Source: Squalus acanthias (taxonomy: Eukaryota). From it: a stretch of 64,000 nt of DNA. Position 1 is the first letter of the stretch. Each line of letters starts with the position of its first letter. Location of the stretch: contig CM059430.1 in the NCBI GenBank assembly GCA_030390025.1, forward strand, positions 73,160,001 to 73,224,000, in the 5' to 3' direction. Shown here in pieces: positions 1-13,915 of this stretch. The notes beneath the pieces are model-generated. The model saw only the letters and a program-made list of their open reading frames with translations. It ran no database searches and was not told the origin of the DNA. Position numbers and translations under genes: made by a program.

Positions 1-1499
1 TGTGCTCCAGAAATAGCCGCGACTCTAGTCAAGCTGTACCAGTACAGCTACAAAATTGGCATCGATTCGACAATGAGGAAAACTGCCCAGGTATGTCCTG
101 TCCACAAAAAAAAAGGACAAATCCAACCCGACCAATTACCGCCCCATCAGTCTACTCTCAATCATCAGCCAATTGATGGAATGTGTCATTGGCAGTGCTA
201 TCACGCGGCAGTTACTCACAAATAACCTGCTCAATGTTGCTCAGTTTGGGTTCTGCCAGGACCACTCGGCTCCAGACCGCAATACGACCTTGGACCAAAC
301 ATGGAAAAAGAAATAAATTCCAGAGGTGATGTGTGAGTGACATCCTTTAATATCAACGCAGCATTTGACCGAGTGTGGCATCATGGAGCCTTAATAACAT
401 TGAAGTCAATGGAAATTGGGGGGCGAAACTCTCCACTGGCTTGATTAAAACTTAGCACAAAGGGAGATGTTTTTGGTGGTTGGTGGTGAATCATCACAGC
501 CCCAGGACATCGCTGCAGGAGTTCCTCAGGGCAGTGTCCAATCCGAACCATCTTCAGCTGCTTCATTAATGACCTTACCTCCATCATAATTTCAACAATG
601 GCGATATTCGCAGATGATTCAGTACCATTCGCAACTCCTCAGATAATAAAGCAGTTCATACCTGCAGGCAACAAGTCATTGACGACATTCAGGCTTGAGC
701 TGTTAAGTGGCAAGTGACAATCGCGCCACACAAGTGCCAGGCAATGACTATCTCCAACCAGCGAGAATCTAACCACAGCCCCATAACATTCAACTTCATT
801 AAATCGCCGAATCCCCCACTTTCAACATCCTGGGGGTTAGCATTGAGCAGAAACTTAACTGGACCAGCCACATAAATACTATGGCAAAAAGAGCAAGTCA
901 GAGGCTAGGTATTCTGTGGCGAGTGTCTCACCTCCTGACACCACAACGCCTTTCCACCAGCTACATGCCACAAGGAAGGAGTGTGATGGAATACTCTCCA
1001 CTTGCCTGGATGTGTGCAGCTCCAATAACACTAAACAAGCTCGACACCATCCAGGACAAAGCAGCCCGCTTCATTGGCACCCCATCCACCACCTGAAACA
1101 TTCACTCCATCCACCACCGACGTACCGTGGCTGCAGTGTGTACCATCTACAAGATGCACTGCAGTAAATATCTAAGGCTCCTTCGGCAGCACCTCCCAAA
1201 CCCGCGACCTCTACCACCTAGAAGGACAAGGGAATCTGGCGCATGGGAAAAGTACCACCTCCAAGTTCCTCTCAAAGTCACACACCATCCTGACTTGGAA
1301 GTTGATCGCCGCTCCTTCATCCTCGTTCCGTCAAAATCCTGGAACTCCCTACCTAACAGCATTGTGGGAGTACCTTCAACGCACGGACTGCAGCGGTTCA
1401 AGAATTCGGCTCACCACCACATTCTCAACGGCAACGAAGGATGGGCAATAAATGCTAGCCTTGCCAGCTATGCCCAAGTCCCATGAACGAATAAAAAAA
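1..1499 (+). mobile_element. 3' part of an APE-RT non-LTR retrotransposon ('family B', CR1/L2/Crack group), decayed
   Basis: [16 protein letters not shown] and MEYSPLAWM..APITLNKLDTIQDKAAR motifs in broken frames; 3' tail gaacgaataaaaaaa. Confidence 0.85.
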
Positions 1500-2834
1500 C
1501 ATGTTCAATGTATATGGTTGATGCTGGCGAGGCCAAGTTTATTGCCCATCCCGAGTGGCTCTGAGAAGCTTGTGGCGAGCGTCCTGCTTGCGTTGTCACA
1601 ATTGTGTTTAATAACTGGCTGCATTACTTGCTCAATTTAGATGGCATTAAAAGAGTTAAGATAAAAAGTTTACGTGGCTGGATTGAGTAAAGGCGGAAGA
1701 TTTCCTTCTCCGAAGGTCAATAACGAATTAGTTGGCATTTTTGGCGGTAAATCGTCAGGTTTCACGGTAACTTTTCTGGTGCAATTCCAAAAATTACCAG
1801 AAACATTGAATTCAATATCGTAAGTTGCTGAGGTGTGTCTTGCTAGCTCAGTACAAATAAAGTAAATTTCCGTAGGGCAGCAGCGATCATCAGCGATGAT
1901 CAACAGATCGGTTTCCGCTTGAGGGTCATTTATAATTCGGCAGGACTCATTTCTGCTCATGCCTCTTTCCCGCCCGCTGTTGCAGAACGGGAATGTTTCT
2001 AGTATTAACTGCAGTTTTCTTATGAAAGGAAGCTACGGGGCCAGCTGCATAAAATGCAGGAATGGTATTACTAACAGGTGGATTTGAATGAAATACCTAG
2101 TTGTCATGATCTTGCCATTAAGTCAAATTTCAATTGTTATTCTATTAATTTCCTGTAATGATGAAACTCTTTGCGACATGGTTAACACAAAATGAAAGTT
2201 AAGAAGAAACTGCAAAACCAATTAGTTAATGTGTTATTCAGCAGATAGCTTCGCATGTAAAAGGCACTTTCGCCGATTTATTTCTTCATCACCGAATACG
2301 AATATTAGTGTCTTTCCATTGGAGCATTACAATCAAGCATAACAGGTAGAAGGGACGTTTCCGTGACGACTTATCAGAAGGGCGACAACCCCATCACTTC
2401 ATCGCACTGCCCCTACTGAGAGTTTCAGTGTCCAGACGCGCAAAAATTCTAGTGTGGTCTTGTCAACCACTGCCTTCAAATCCAGAGAGTGTCACTAACT
2501 GACTAAAGCTAAAATTCGGTGTGGCCATGGAAATACATTCATTTTATGGTATTGTGGATAAATAATTAAATTCCATATATTGATGTTTTGTTAAATAAAT
2601 ATATCAGATTCCTTGATTGCTAAAGGACATTTGGGAAAATCTGTAAATAAAATGACGCCGAAGACGTGGGTTTGAAGAGCTAATTGCCTTTCTCTGGTTC
2701 TACATTTTCTTACTTAAATAAGTGTCAGTGCTAATGTGAGCACAAGTATCTATGACGAGATATTAAAATAAATAAGAACCAACAGATAGACCAAAGTCCG
2801 CAGAATCAACAAGAAATCCAGCAGTCGCTGTAAC

Positions 2835-3585
2835 GGCCCAGAAATTAAACATCGATGGTTCCTGCGGGGGTAAGGATTCCCCGCGATATCGCACTCCGCG
2901 CCTACCTTTTTGTTTGGGGCCAACACGAACTTTAGTTTCAGAGCCTCTTCTTGTTGCACCGCGCAGTGTGTGCGTATCCCTGAGGTGCAATTAGTTTGTG
3001 CGAGCTCTGGGATCACGTGATTCAGTTGGAACCAATGGCAGCACACCATCTTTCATTCATAGTTTTGACAGCAAGAGCTGCCAAAGCTATGAATCCTACA
3101 AACCCCCAAAAGAACAGCTAAACCTCAATTAAATTAAAAAAGCCATCACATTAATAAAATAAGTATAGTTAAATAAATTAAACACTTTAAAAAAAAAATT
3201 ACATTTTTGAAAATATTAAAAATCTTTTTAAAAATTATAAAAATAAAGTTACCTTTCTTTAAAGTCTCTAAAAAAGATAAACCTGTTGAAAAAAATTTAA
3301 ATAACACTTAACTAACTATTTACCTTGTTAAAAGGGGGTCATACGCCTGCTTTCTTTATGTGTAAAATCTTCACCACTCACCTGCTAGTTCAAACCTGAA
3401 AAAAAAACTAATTGCACTGTGTGCGCACAACCTTTTGCACGCACGCGGTTCACTTAGGAACCGCCCCCTTTGCAATTCACGAAGTGCCGGTTTCCCGCGC
3501 ATGCGCAGTGCATGCAGGAAACCGGCAATTCGGGATCTAATACACACAGTGCGTACTCTCGCGTATTAGGTTTAATTTTCGGGCC
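2835..3585. mobile_element. Non-autonomous DNA transposon (MITE, probably PIF/Harbinger), copy 1
   Basis: TIRs ggcccagaaattaaac / gtttaattttcgggcc; AT-rich core; colinear second copy at 52538-53300. Confidence 0.85.
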
Positions 3586-4779
3586 AATATGTTAACAATT
3601 CAACCAAGTGGTATTATACACAGATATGATGCGATAATTATCAGAGGACCTCACTATCGATCTCCAACGTCTCTTTTCTGTCATCCATCTCATAGCAATT
3701 GGCTTCGCCCATGGCCACTCTCACCTTTGCGAACATGGCTGAAAATCTCCAAAAATGGCTACTCCTCCCGCGCCTTTTCGGCAAAATCTGCCGCCCCTCT
3801 TGGATCTGTTCTTTGCCCAATCCCCCTCCTGATCTGATGCTGCCCCTTGACAACAACATCCACAGATATGGGCTAGCAAATGCGGTCGGAGGCGTACCTC
3901 CGGAGTACGCCTCCGACCAGCGAAACAATTAGAATGTACCTGCTGTCAGACAGGCTCAAAAAGGTTGCGTTCTCAGGCCTCGATGTGGAGGGCAGCGAAA
4001 TGGCCCAAGGATCTCAGGATTGCAGGCAGCGCGAAAGCATACCTGGGATTATTTGGACCTGGTCATCCAATCAATAAGTATAATTCAATGTCAATCATTT
4101 ACGAAGGGAATCCCCTAATGATATGCAATGGAATCCCCAAATTTATATTGTACAATGTACAGTATTTGAATATTATTCAATTTTACCTTCATTGCACCAA
4201 CCTCACGAAAAATTTACATCATTAAAAGTGTAATCCGGGCCAATATTTGCATAGAGTCATGTAATACAGTGCGTGTGCATACTTTAGGATGCAAAAATCT
4301 TGAATTAAAATCTTAGATATCCCTTTACGCTGATGCATACAAGCCCTGCCCCTGCTTGCTTGAACTGTAAGGCTTATGTGCGCAATCGCTGACCAGTCGC
4401 TGTGAAAATATCCCAACTCTGCGCTTGCAATTTCTTTTTCGGGTCCCCCACGGATGACCTATCAATGCGTACATTGACAGGCCGCAAGTTCCGGATTTCG
4501 CGTATGCAGAAATCCTGAACTTGCGGGGCATTTCAAAGGGATCACGATGGCGTACTCTGAGTGTAATCCGTTATACACACTGCAATATCAGGGCCATTGG
4601 GTCAGCTTCCACATGTACACTGATTACAGTCAGTTCTACACCTCCTGCACCTTGCTCTGCCTCTGTGTTGTCGTATTGCCTGTGCAATATCCAATCCTGA
4701 ATGAGCTGCCATTTCCTCCTGATAAACTTCGTGAATGTTTTATTAAGGAAATTGACAGATGGCAGCCAGGAACTTTGGG

Positions 4780-5665
4780 AGGATGTGGGAGAGAACAGAT
4801 AGATGTGAAGTGGTCCCATTGTTAAGGAAGTGCTTTCAAGTCACTTAGAAAATCATAACATGAATAGGCAGAGGCAACATAATTTTATGAAAGTGAAATC
4901 GTGTTTGACAATTTTTTAGAGTTTTTTGAGGATGTAACTAGCAGGGTATATAAAGGGAAACCAGTGGATGTAGTATTTTTGGATTTCCAAAAGGCTTTCG
5001 ATAAGATGCCACATAAATGGTTATTACACAAGATTAGGGCTCATGGGGATGGGGGTATTATCGTAGCAGGATTGAGGATTGTTTAACTGACAGAAAACAG
5101 ATAGGAGGAAAAACTATTTATATTCAGGTTGGCAGGCTGTAACTAGTGGGGTGCTGCAAGGATCAGTGTTAGGGCTCAGCTATTTACAATCTATATTAGT
5201 GACCTAAATGAAGGGACCAAGTGTAATTTATCCAAGTTTGCTGCTAATACAAATCTAGTTGGGACAGTAATCTGTGAGGAGAACGCAAAGAGTCTGCAAC
5301 GGGATATAGATAGATTAAGTGAGTGGGCAGTAAGATGACAGATGGAGTATAATGTAGGGAAATGTGAGGTTATTCACTTTGGTAGGAAGAATATAAAAAC
5401 AGAATTTTTTTAAATGGTGAGAAACTTTCAAATGTTGATGTTCAGAGATGATTTGGGTGTCCTCGTGCCAGTAACACAGAAAGCTAGCATGCAGGTACAG
5501 CAAGCAATAAGGAAGTCAAATGGCATGTTGGCCTTTATTGCAAGGGTGTTGGAGTGTACGATTTCGGAAGTCTTAAAACGATTGTACAGGGCTTTGGTGA
5601 GATCACACCTGGTGTACTGTGCTCTTTTTGGTCCCCATATCTAAGGAAGGATATACTTTATACTA
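4780..5665 (+). mobile_element. CR1 (HER1-like) LINE RT fragment
   Basis: LEFFEDVTSRV..VDVVFLDFQKAFDK and QVQQAIRKSNGMLAFIAR. Confidence 0.88.
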
Positions 5666-6316
5666 CATAAGGAGTGATTTCACTGATTGCCGACGTTGGG
5701 GTGGTGGGGGTGGGTGGGTTGGCGGCAGAGTGCAACCATTGCCAGACTGCAACTTTGGGATTTCTGTCCGTCCAAGCTCATGTGCCAAATCCTGAAGTTG
5801 CGGTTAGTTTCAAAGCCCGAATGATAGCGTACTCTGAGAGTATGCCTGCCATACCGACCGCAAATTCAGGGACAATGCAAATTTAAACCGCATCTAAAAC
5901 CTTTTCTCAGAAGCATCCGACAGTGCTTCACATGAAATAAAGCGCTTCATGGTAGTCCAGTTAATTGGTTCATGAATCATAGCCCACAACCAAAATGATG
6001 CAAACAGCAATTACATTAATACCAATTTTATTTCCTTCATCACGCAATAATAAGTCCCTAATGAGGAATTAATAATAATTTAGACAAATATTTTAACCTA
6101 CGTCATCAACAATTATATAATTATATATACCCACAGATGCCTGTGATTGGTCTTTAGTTCATAATGAATGTATAGCTATCCAGTGATTCCTCCTGGAGTG
6201 ACCCCGTGCTGGTGTTTGATAATAAACTGAAATTGGGTTCGATTCTGTTCCATCAACATTCCTTTATGGGTGAGCAGCTTGCCAATAATAATATTCAGAT
6301 CCACGCATGCACACAG

Positions 6317-7620
6317 AGTCATACAGTCATAACGGCACAGAAGGGGGCCATTCGGCCGATCGAGTCCGTGCCGGCTCTCTGTCGAGCAATCTAGACAGTC
6401 CCATTCCTCCACTCTATCCCCGTAGCCCTGCAAGTTTATTTCCCTGAAGTGCCTATCCAGTCTCCCCTTGTAAACATTGAGTTTCTCCGCTTCCACCACT
6501 TCCGTCGCCAGCGAGAGCCAGGTCCTCACCACTCACTGCACACAAAAGTTTTTCCTCACATCACTTGCCCAAAACATTAAATCTCTGTCCGCTAGTTCTT
6601 TTACCATGAATTAGTGGGAACAACCTTTCCCCATCAAGCCTATCCAAACCCGTCATAATCTTGTACACATCTAGCAAATCACCACTCAACCTCCTTTGCA
6701 CTAATGAAAAAAAATCCAGCTTCTGCATCCTGTCCTTATGGCTAAGATTACCCATCCCCGGAACCAATCAGGTAAATCTCCTCTGCACCCTCTCAAGGGC
6801 CGTCACATCCTTCCTAATGTGTGGTGACCAGAACTTTACGCATTCCTCCAGGTGTGGCCTAACCAGTGCTTTATAAAAGTTCAGCATAACCTCTCTACTT
6901 TTGTACTCAGTACCTCTAATTATGAAGCCCAATATCCCATATGCTTTGTTAGCCACTCTCTCAATTTGTCCTGCCACTTTCAGGGACCTCTGTAGATTAA
7001 CTCACAGGTCCCTCTGTCCCTGCACTCTCTTTAAAACTGTTCCATTAAGTGTATATTGCCTCTCCCTGCTCCATCTGCAAAAATGCATCACCTCACGCTT
7101 CTCTGTATTAAATGCTCTTGCCACTTGTCTGGCCATTCTGCTAGCCTTTCTATGTCAAGTTGCAGTCGATTGGCATCCTCCTCACTGTTTGAAAACCATC
7201 CCCAATGTATGGTGTCATCGGCAAATTTAGAAATTCTACTCTGTATTCCAATATCCAGGTCATTTATATATATCAATTAAAGCAGTGGCCCCAGCACTGA
7301 CCCTTGGGGAACACCATTGTCTACCAGCCTCCAGTCTGAAAAACAGCCATTTACAACAACTCGCTGTTTTATGTCATTTAGCCAATTCCTTATCCAAACT
7401 GCCACTGACTCAACTATTCCTTGAACCTCAATTTGTTTAACCAGCCTTCGATGTGCTACTTTGTCAGACGCCTTTCTAAAATCCATGTAGAGAACATCCA
7501 TTGCATTCCCTTCATCAATCCTCCCTTTTACTTCATCAAAAAATTCAATTAGATTAGTCAAACATGATCTGCCTTTTACAAATCCGTGTTGGCTCACCTT
7601 AATTAGGTTAAACCTAGCTA
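6317..7620 (-). mobile_element. CR1 LINE, 5'-truncated, with 3' tail
   Basis: [46 protein letters not shown]. Confidence 0.9.
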
Positions 7621-8290
7621 ACTTTCCTCAGGTCACACTCTCTTTATTCTCAGACGCCTCTGCCAACGGCTCCTCGCAGGTCCGCACAGTCCTCGGGTGC
7701 CGCTCTCATTATTCTCTGCCGCCTCTGCCACCGATTCCTCGCAGCTCCATGTAACCATTGGCCAACTTTGATTCCAGCGCTTTCAAGTGAATATTGCAGG
7801 AAACTGGTGAGTGCAGAGCTAAACGAAGGGATTACTGGAAGACAGATCTTATCCTTCTTAATTAGAAATCATAGAAATGATAGAAATTCACATTGAGTTC
7901 CAGAGTGACATACTTAATGCTGAAACTAGAGCATTATCCTTAAATAAAGTCAATAACATAGATTAAGTCTAAGGTACACTGGGAAATTAGAAAAAAATGA
8001 ATGATGGTAGAGCGGCAATGTGGAACATTTAATGAAGTATTTCATAATTTTAAAGAGTATACATTCAATTGAGAAATAAAAACTTCACGGGAAAAGTGAT
8101 CCATACGCGGCTAACTTAACAGATTAAGGAGAGTATTAGATTAAATGAAGAGGACAATAATGTTGTTAAGATGGGTAGTAAGCCTGAGGATTGGGAGAGT
8201 TTTAGAAATCAAAAAAGGATGACCAAAAAATTGATAAAAGGGAGAAAAAAGAAAATTAGAGTAAACGAATAAGAAACATAAAAAGATTGC

Positions 8291-9655
8291 TTTTATTCAT
8301 TCCTGGGTCGCGGTGTCAATATCCTGGAAGTCCCTGCCCAACAGCACTGTAGGAGTTCTTTACCACAAGGACTGCAGCTGTTCAAGAATGCTGCTCACCA
8401 CCACCTTCTCAAGGGCAATTAGGGATGGGCAATAAATGCTGGACTTGCCAGCGATGTGAGCGTCGCTGGAAAGTGGTGGAATGAATGTTTAAGGTGGTGG
8501 ATAGGGTACCAATCCAGCGGGCTGCTTCGTCCTGGATGTTGTCGAGCTTCTTTAGTGTTGCTGGACCTGCACTCATTTAGGCAAGTGGAGAGTGTTCCAT
8601 CAAACTCCTGATTTGTGCCTTGTAGATGGTGGAAAGACTTTGGGAAGTCAGGACGTAAGACACACGCCGCAGAATACCGAGCCTCTGACCCACTCTTGTT
8701 GCCACAATATTTATGTGGCTAATCCAATTTAGTTTCTAGTCATTCATGACCCCCAGGAATTTGATGGTGGGGGATTCGGCGATGGTAGTGCCTTTGAATA
8801 TAAAGGGGTGGTGGCTAGATTCTCGCTTGTTGGAGATAGTCATTGCCTGGTACTTGTATGGGGCGAATCTTACGCGCCACTTATCAGCCAAGCCTGAATG
8901 TCATCCAGTTCTTGCTGCATGCGGGCATGAACTGCTTCATTATCTGAGGATTTGCGAAAGGAACTCCACACTGTGTAATTGCCATCAAGCATACCCACCT
9001 TATGTTGGAGGGAGTGTCATTGATGAAGTAGCTGAAGATAGTTGGGGTTGGGACACAGCCCTGAGGTACTCTTACAGTGATGCCCTGAGGGTAAGATGAT
9101 TGACCTCCAAAACCAACAACATCTTCCTTTCTGCTAGGTATAACATCAGCCAGTGCACCGCTTTCCCCCTGATTCCGATTGACTTCCGTTTTACTAGGTC
9201 TCCTTGATGCCACATTTGGTCAAATGCTGATTTGATGTCAAGGGCAGTCACTCTCATCTCAGCTCTGGCATTCAGCTCATTTTTTCCATGTTTGGGCCAA
9301 GGCTGCAATGGCTTCTGGAGCAGAGCGGCCGTGGCAGAACCCAAGCTGAGCATTGGTGAGCAGCTTGTTACTGAGTAAGTGCCCCTTGATAGCACTGTCG
9401 ACGACACCTTTCATCTCTTTGCTGATGAGTGAAAGTAGACTGATAGGGCGGTAATTGGCTGGATAGGATTTGTGTAGCTTTTTGTTGAGTGGATATATCT
9501 AAGCAGTTTTACACATTGTCAGGTAGATCCTAGTATTGTAGCTGTACAAGAACAGCTTTGCAAAAGGTGCGGCTAGTTCTGCAGCACATTCTTTCGCACG
9601 ACAGCCGAGATGTTGTCGCGGCCCATAGCCTTTGCTGTATACTGTGCGCTCAACG
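8291..9655 (-). mobile_element. Family B LINE fragment with an internal ~150 bp inversion near its 3' end
   Basis: RVTALDIKSAFDQMWHQG on the minus strand; ~8305-8455 is in + orientation. Confidence 0.8.
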
Positions 9656-10384
9656 ATCAGGAAAGATGGTAAGAGGTTCTACAAGTGTGACAAAGGAAAC
9701 AGAGTAGCGAGAGTAAACCTTTGTCCCGTAGAAGCTGAGACAGGAGAAATTACAATAGTGAATAAGGAAATGGCAGAGACTTTAAACACATAATTGTTAT
9801 CTGACTTCACAGTAAAATCACAAAAAACATACCAGAAATATTGGGGAGCCAAGGCTCTAATCAGAGTGAGGAACATAAAGCAATTAATATTAGCAAAGAA
9901 AAATTACTGGCGAAATGAACTTGATTAAAAGCCAAAAACACCCGGGACCTGATGGCCTACATCCAAGGATTGTAAAAGAGGTGCTGCAAGTTTATTGGCT
10001 GCTAGCTTCAAAAACTCCCGATATACTAGAACGTTCCTCGTGGATTGGAAGGAAGCAGTTGTAACACCGTTTTTACAGAAAATAGGGAGAGAGAAAAAAA
10101 TGAAACCACAGGCCAGTCAGCCTTATATCAGCCGTCGAGAAAATGCTGGAATCCATTATTAGGCAAGTGGGAACAAGGCACTTCGAAAATTATGATATTA
10201 TTAGACAGAGTCAAAATCGTTTTATGTAAAGAAAATCCGATTCGAAAAATCTATTAGAGTTGTTGATGATCTAACCAGTAGGGCAGATAGAGAGGAATCA
10301 GTGGATGTAGCATATTTGGATTTTCGAACGGCATTTGATATGGTGCCACATGATAGATCGGGCACATGGGCTTGGGGGTAACAT

Positions 10385-13330
10385 TTTTTATTCATTCATG
10401 CGATGTGGGCGTCGCTGACTATCCCTAGTTGCCCTTGAGAAGGTGGTGGTGAGCCGCCTTCTTGAACCACTGCAGTCCGTGTGGTGAAGGTAATCCCACC
10501 GTGCTATTAGGGAGGGAGTTCCAGGATTTTGACGCAGCGATGATGAAGGAATGGCTATATACTTCCAAGTCAGGATGATGTGTGACTTGGAGGGGATATT
10601 GGGGTGGTGGTGTTCCCATGCCCCTGCTGCCATTGTCCTTCTAGGTGGTAGAGTTTGCGAGTTTAAGAGGTGCTGCCAAAGAAGTCTTGGCAAGTTGCTG
10701 CAGTGGATCTTGCAGATGGTACACACTGCAGCAACGGTACAATTGTGGTGGAGGGAGTGAATGTTTCACGTGTTCGATGGAGTGCCAATCAAGCGGGCTG
10801 CTCTGTCCTCGATGCTGTCGAGCTTCTTGAGTGTTGTTGGAGCTGCACTCATCCAGGGAAGTGGAGAGTATTCCATCACATTCCTTACTTGTGCCTTGTA
10901 GATGCTGGAAAAGCTTTGGGGAATCACAAGGAGAGACACTCGCCGCAGAAGAACAAGCCTTTGACCTGTTCTTGTTGCCACAGTATGTATGTGTCTGCTC
11001 CAGTAAAGTTTCTGGTCAATGGCGACACCCAGGATGTTAATTGTGGAGGATTCTGCGATGGTATTGCCGTTGAATGTTATGAGACGGTGGTAAGACAATC
11101 GCTTTTTGGAGATAGTGATTGCCTGGCACATGTGTGGCGCGAATTTCACTTGCCACTTATCAGCCCAAGCCTCAATGTCGTCTAGGTCTTGTTGCATGCG
11201 GGCATAGACAAATTTATTCGCTGAGGAGTTACGAATGGCACTGAAAACTGTGCAGTCATCAGCGAATATCTACATTTCTGACCTTATGTTGGAGGTAAGT
11301 TCATTGTTGAAGCAGCTGAAGATGGTTGGGCCTAGGACACTGTACTGAAGAATTCCGGCAGTGAGGTCCTGGGACTCAGATGATTGACCTCCAACCACCC
11401 TAACCTTCTTCCTTTGTGCTAGGTATGAATCCAGACATTCGACAGTTTTCGCCCCGATTCCCATTGACTTTAGTTTTACTAGGGCTCCTTGAAGCCACAC
11501 TCGGTCAAATGCTGCTTTGATTTCAAGGACAGTCACTCTTAGCTCACGTCTGGAATTCAGCTCCATTGCTCGTGTTTGGACCAAGGTTGTAATGAGGTCT
11601 GGAGCAATGTCGTCCTGGCGGAACCCAAACTGAGCATCACTGAGCAGGTTACTGGTGATTAAGAGCCGCTTGATAGCACTTTCGGCGAGACCTTCCATTA
11701 CTTTGCTGATGATTGAGAGTAGTCTGATGGGGCGGTAGTTGATCGGTTTGGATTTGTCATGCATTTTGTGGACAGGACAGAGCTGGGCAGTTTTCCCCAT
11801 TGTCGTATATATGCTAGTGCTATAGCAGTACTGGGACAGGTTAACTAGAACCACGGCTAGTTCTGGAGCATTAGTCTTCAGCACGACAGCCGGGATGTTG
11901 ATGGTGCCCAAAGCCTTTACTCTATCCAGTGCGCTCAGCCGTTTCTTCATATCACGTGGAGTGAATCGAATTGGCTGAAGACTGGCTTCTGTGATGGTGG
12001 GAATCACAGGAGGAGGCCGATATGAATCATCCACCCGGCACTTCCGGCTGAAGAAGTTTGCAAACGTTTCAGCCTTGTCTTTTGCACTCACGTGCTGGGC
12101 TCCACCATCATTGAGGATGGGGATATTCATGAAGCCTCCTCCTCCCGTTAGTTGTTTAATTATCCACCACCATTCACGACTGGATGTGGCAGGACAGCCG
12201 AGCTTTGATCTGGTCAGTTGATTGTGGAATCGCTTGGCCCTATCTGTAGCATGTTATTTCTGCTTTTTAGCATGCATGCAGTCCTGTGTTGCAGCTTTCC
12301 CAAGATGGCACCTCATTTTTAGGGCACCTGGTGCTACTCCTGGCTTGCTGTTCTGCACTCCTTATTGAACCAGGGATGGTCACCTGGCTAGATGTTAATC
12401 TTAGAGTGAATGATATGCCGGGCCATGAGATTACAGATTGTGGTGGAATACAATTCAGCTGCTGCTGATGGCCCACAGCGTCTCATGGATGCCCCTATTT
12501 GAGGAGCTAGCTCTGTTCTGAATGTGCCCCATTTAGCACGGTGGTAGTGGCACACAAGACGATGGACGATGTCCTCAGTGTGAAGATGGAACTTCGGCTC
12601 CACAATGACTGTGCGGTGGTCACTGCTACCTAAACTGTCTTGGACAGATGCATTTGCGATAGGTAGATTGTTGAAGACGAGGTCAAGTAGGTTTTTCCCT
12701 CGTGTTGGTTCTCTCACCACATCTCACAGGCCCAGGCTTGCAGGTATATCCTTCAGGTCTCGGCCAGCCCAGTCAGTGGTGCTGCTACTGAGCCTCTCTT
12801 GGTGTTGTACATTGAAGTCCCCCACCCAGAGTATATTATGTGCCCTTGCTACTCTCAGTGCTTCTTCCAAGTGGACTTCAACATGGAAAAGTACTGATTC
12901 ATCAGCTGAGGGAGGGCCGAAGGTGGTAATCAGCAGGAGGTTCCCTTGCCCATGCTTAACCTGAAGCCATGAGACTTCATCGGGTCTGGAGTCCCAGGGC
13001 CACTCCTTCCCGACTGTATACCACTGGGCCGCCAATCCTGGTGGGTCTGTCCTGCCGGTGGGATAGACATACCAAAGGATGGTGATAGAGGAGATTGGTA
13101 CATTGGCTGAAAGTTATGATTTTGTGAGTTTGACTTTTTCAGGCTGTTGCTTGACTAGTCTGTGTGAAAGCTCCCCAATGTTGGAACAAGTCCCCAGATC
13201 TTGGTGAGGAGGGATTTGCAGGGTCGACTGGGCTGGGTGTGCCGTTGTCGTGTCCAAAGCCAGTGCCGAGGTCGATGCCGGGTGTTCCGTCCGGTTTTAT
13301 TACTTTTATTGTTTCTTGTAGCGGTTTGTT
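10385..13330 (-). mobile_element. Family B LINE, long copy (endonuclease + RT, frameshifted)
   Basis: ILWVGDFNVQH, PTRGKNLLDLV and SSDHR (APE endonuclease); NYRPIRLLS..QFGFRQ..KAAFDRVW (RT); ORF 11270-12130. Confidence 0.9.
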
Positions 13331-13514
13331 ACAACTGAGTGCCTTTCTAGGTTATCTCAGAGGGCAGTTAAGAGACTGGTTTCACATATTGGCAAGACCC
13401 AGATCGCAGATTTCCTTCCCTAAATAACATAAACGAACCAACTGGGTTTTTACGAAAATCCGATAGTTTCATGGTCACCATTACAGCTAAAAACAAAAGT
13501 AAAAGAAAGACTTC

Positions 13515-13915
13515 CTTTTCCGAAGCGCCTTTCACGACCACCGGAAGTCTCAAAGCGCTTTACAGCTAATGAAGAACTTTTGGAGTGGTGTCACTGTTGC
13601 AATGTAAGAAATGCGGCAGCCAATTCACACACAGAAAGCTCCCACTAACAGCATTGTGATAATGACCAGATAATCCGTTTTTGACGTGTTGATTGAGGGA
13701 TAAATATTGACTAGGACACCGGGGACAACTCCCCTGCTCTTCTTCGAAATAGTGCCTTGGGATCTTTTACGTCCATCTGAGAGAGCAGATGGGGCCTCCA
13801 TTTAACGTCTCAACTGAAAGACGGCACCTTCCGACAGTGCAGCACTCCCTCAACACTGCAGTTGAGCGTCAGCCTCGAATTCATGTGCTGAAGACCCAAG
13901 ACTGGGTCTCGAACA
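13515..13915 (-). mobile_element. Deu-domain SINE (SacSINE1-like)
   Basis: Reverse complement of the 19531 element body and tail. Confidence 0.75.

Noticed and set aside
1944-2070. Possible decayed TM exon (TGMFLVLTAVFL*)
   Set aside because: Too short, has an in-frame stop and no consistent splice phase.
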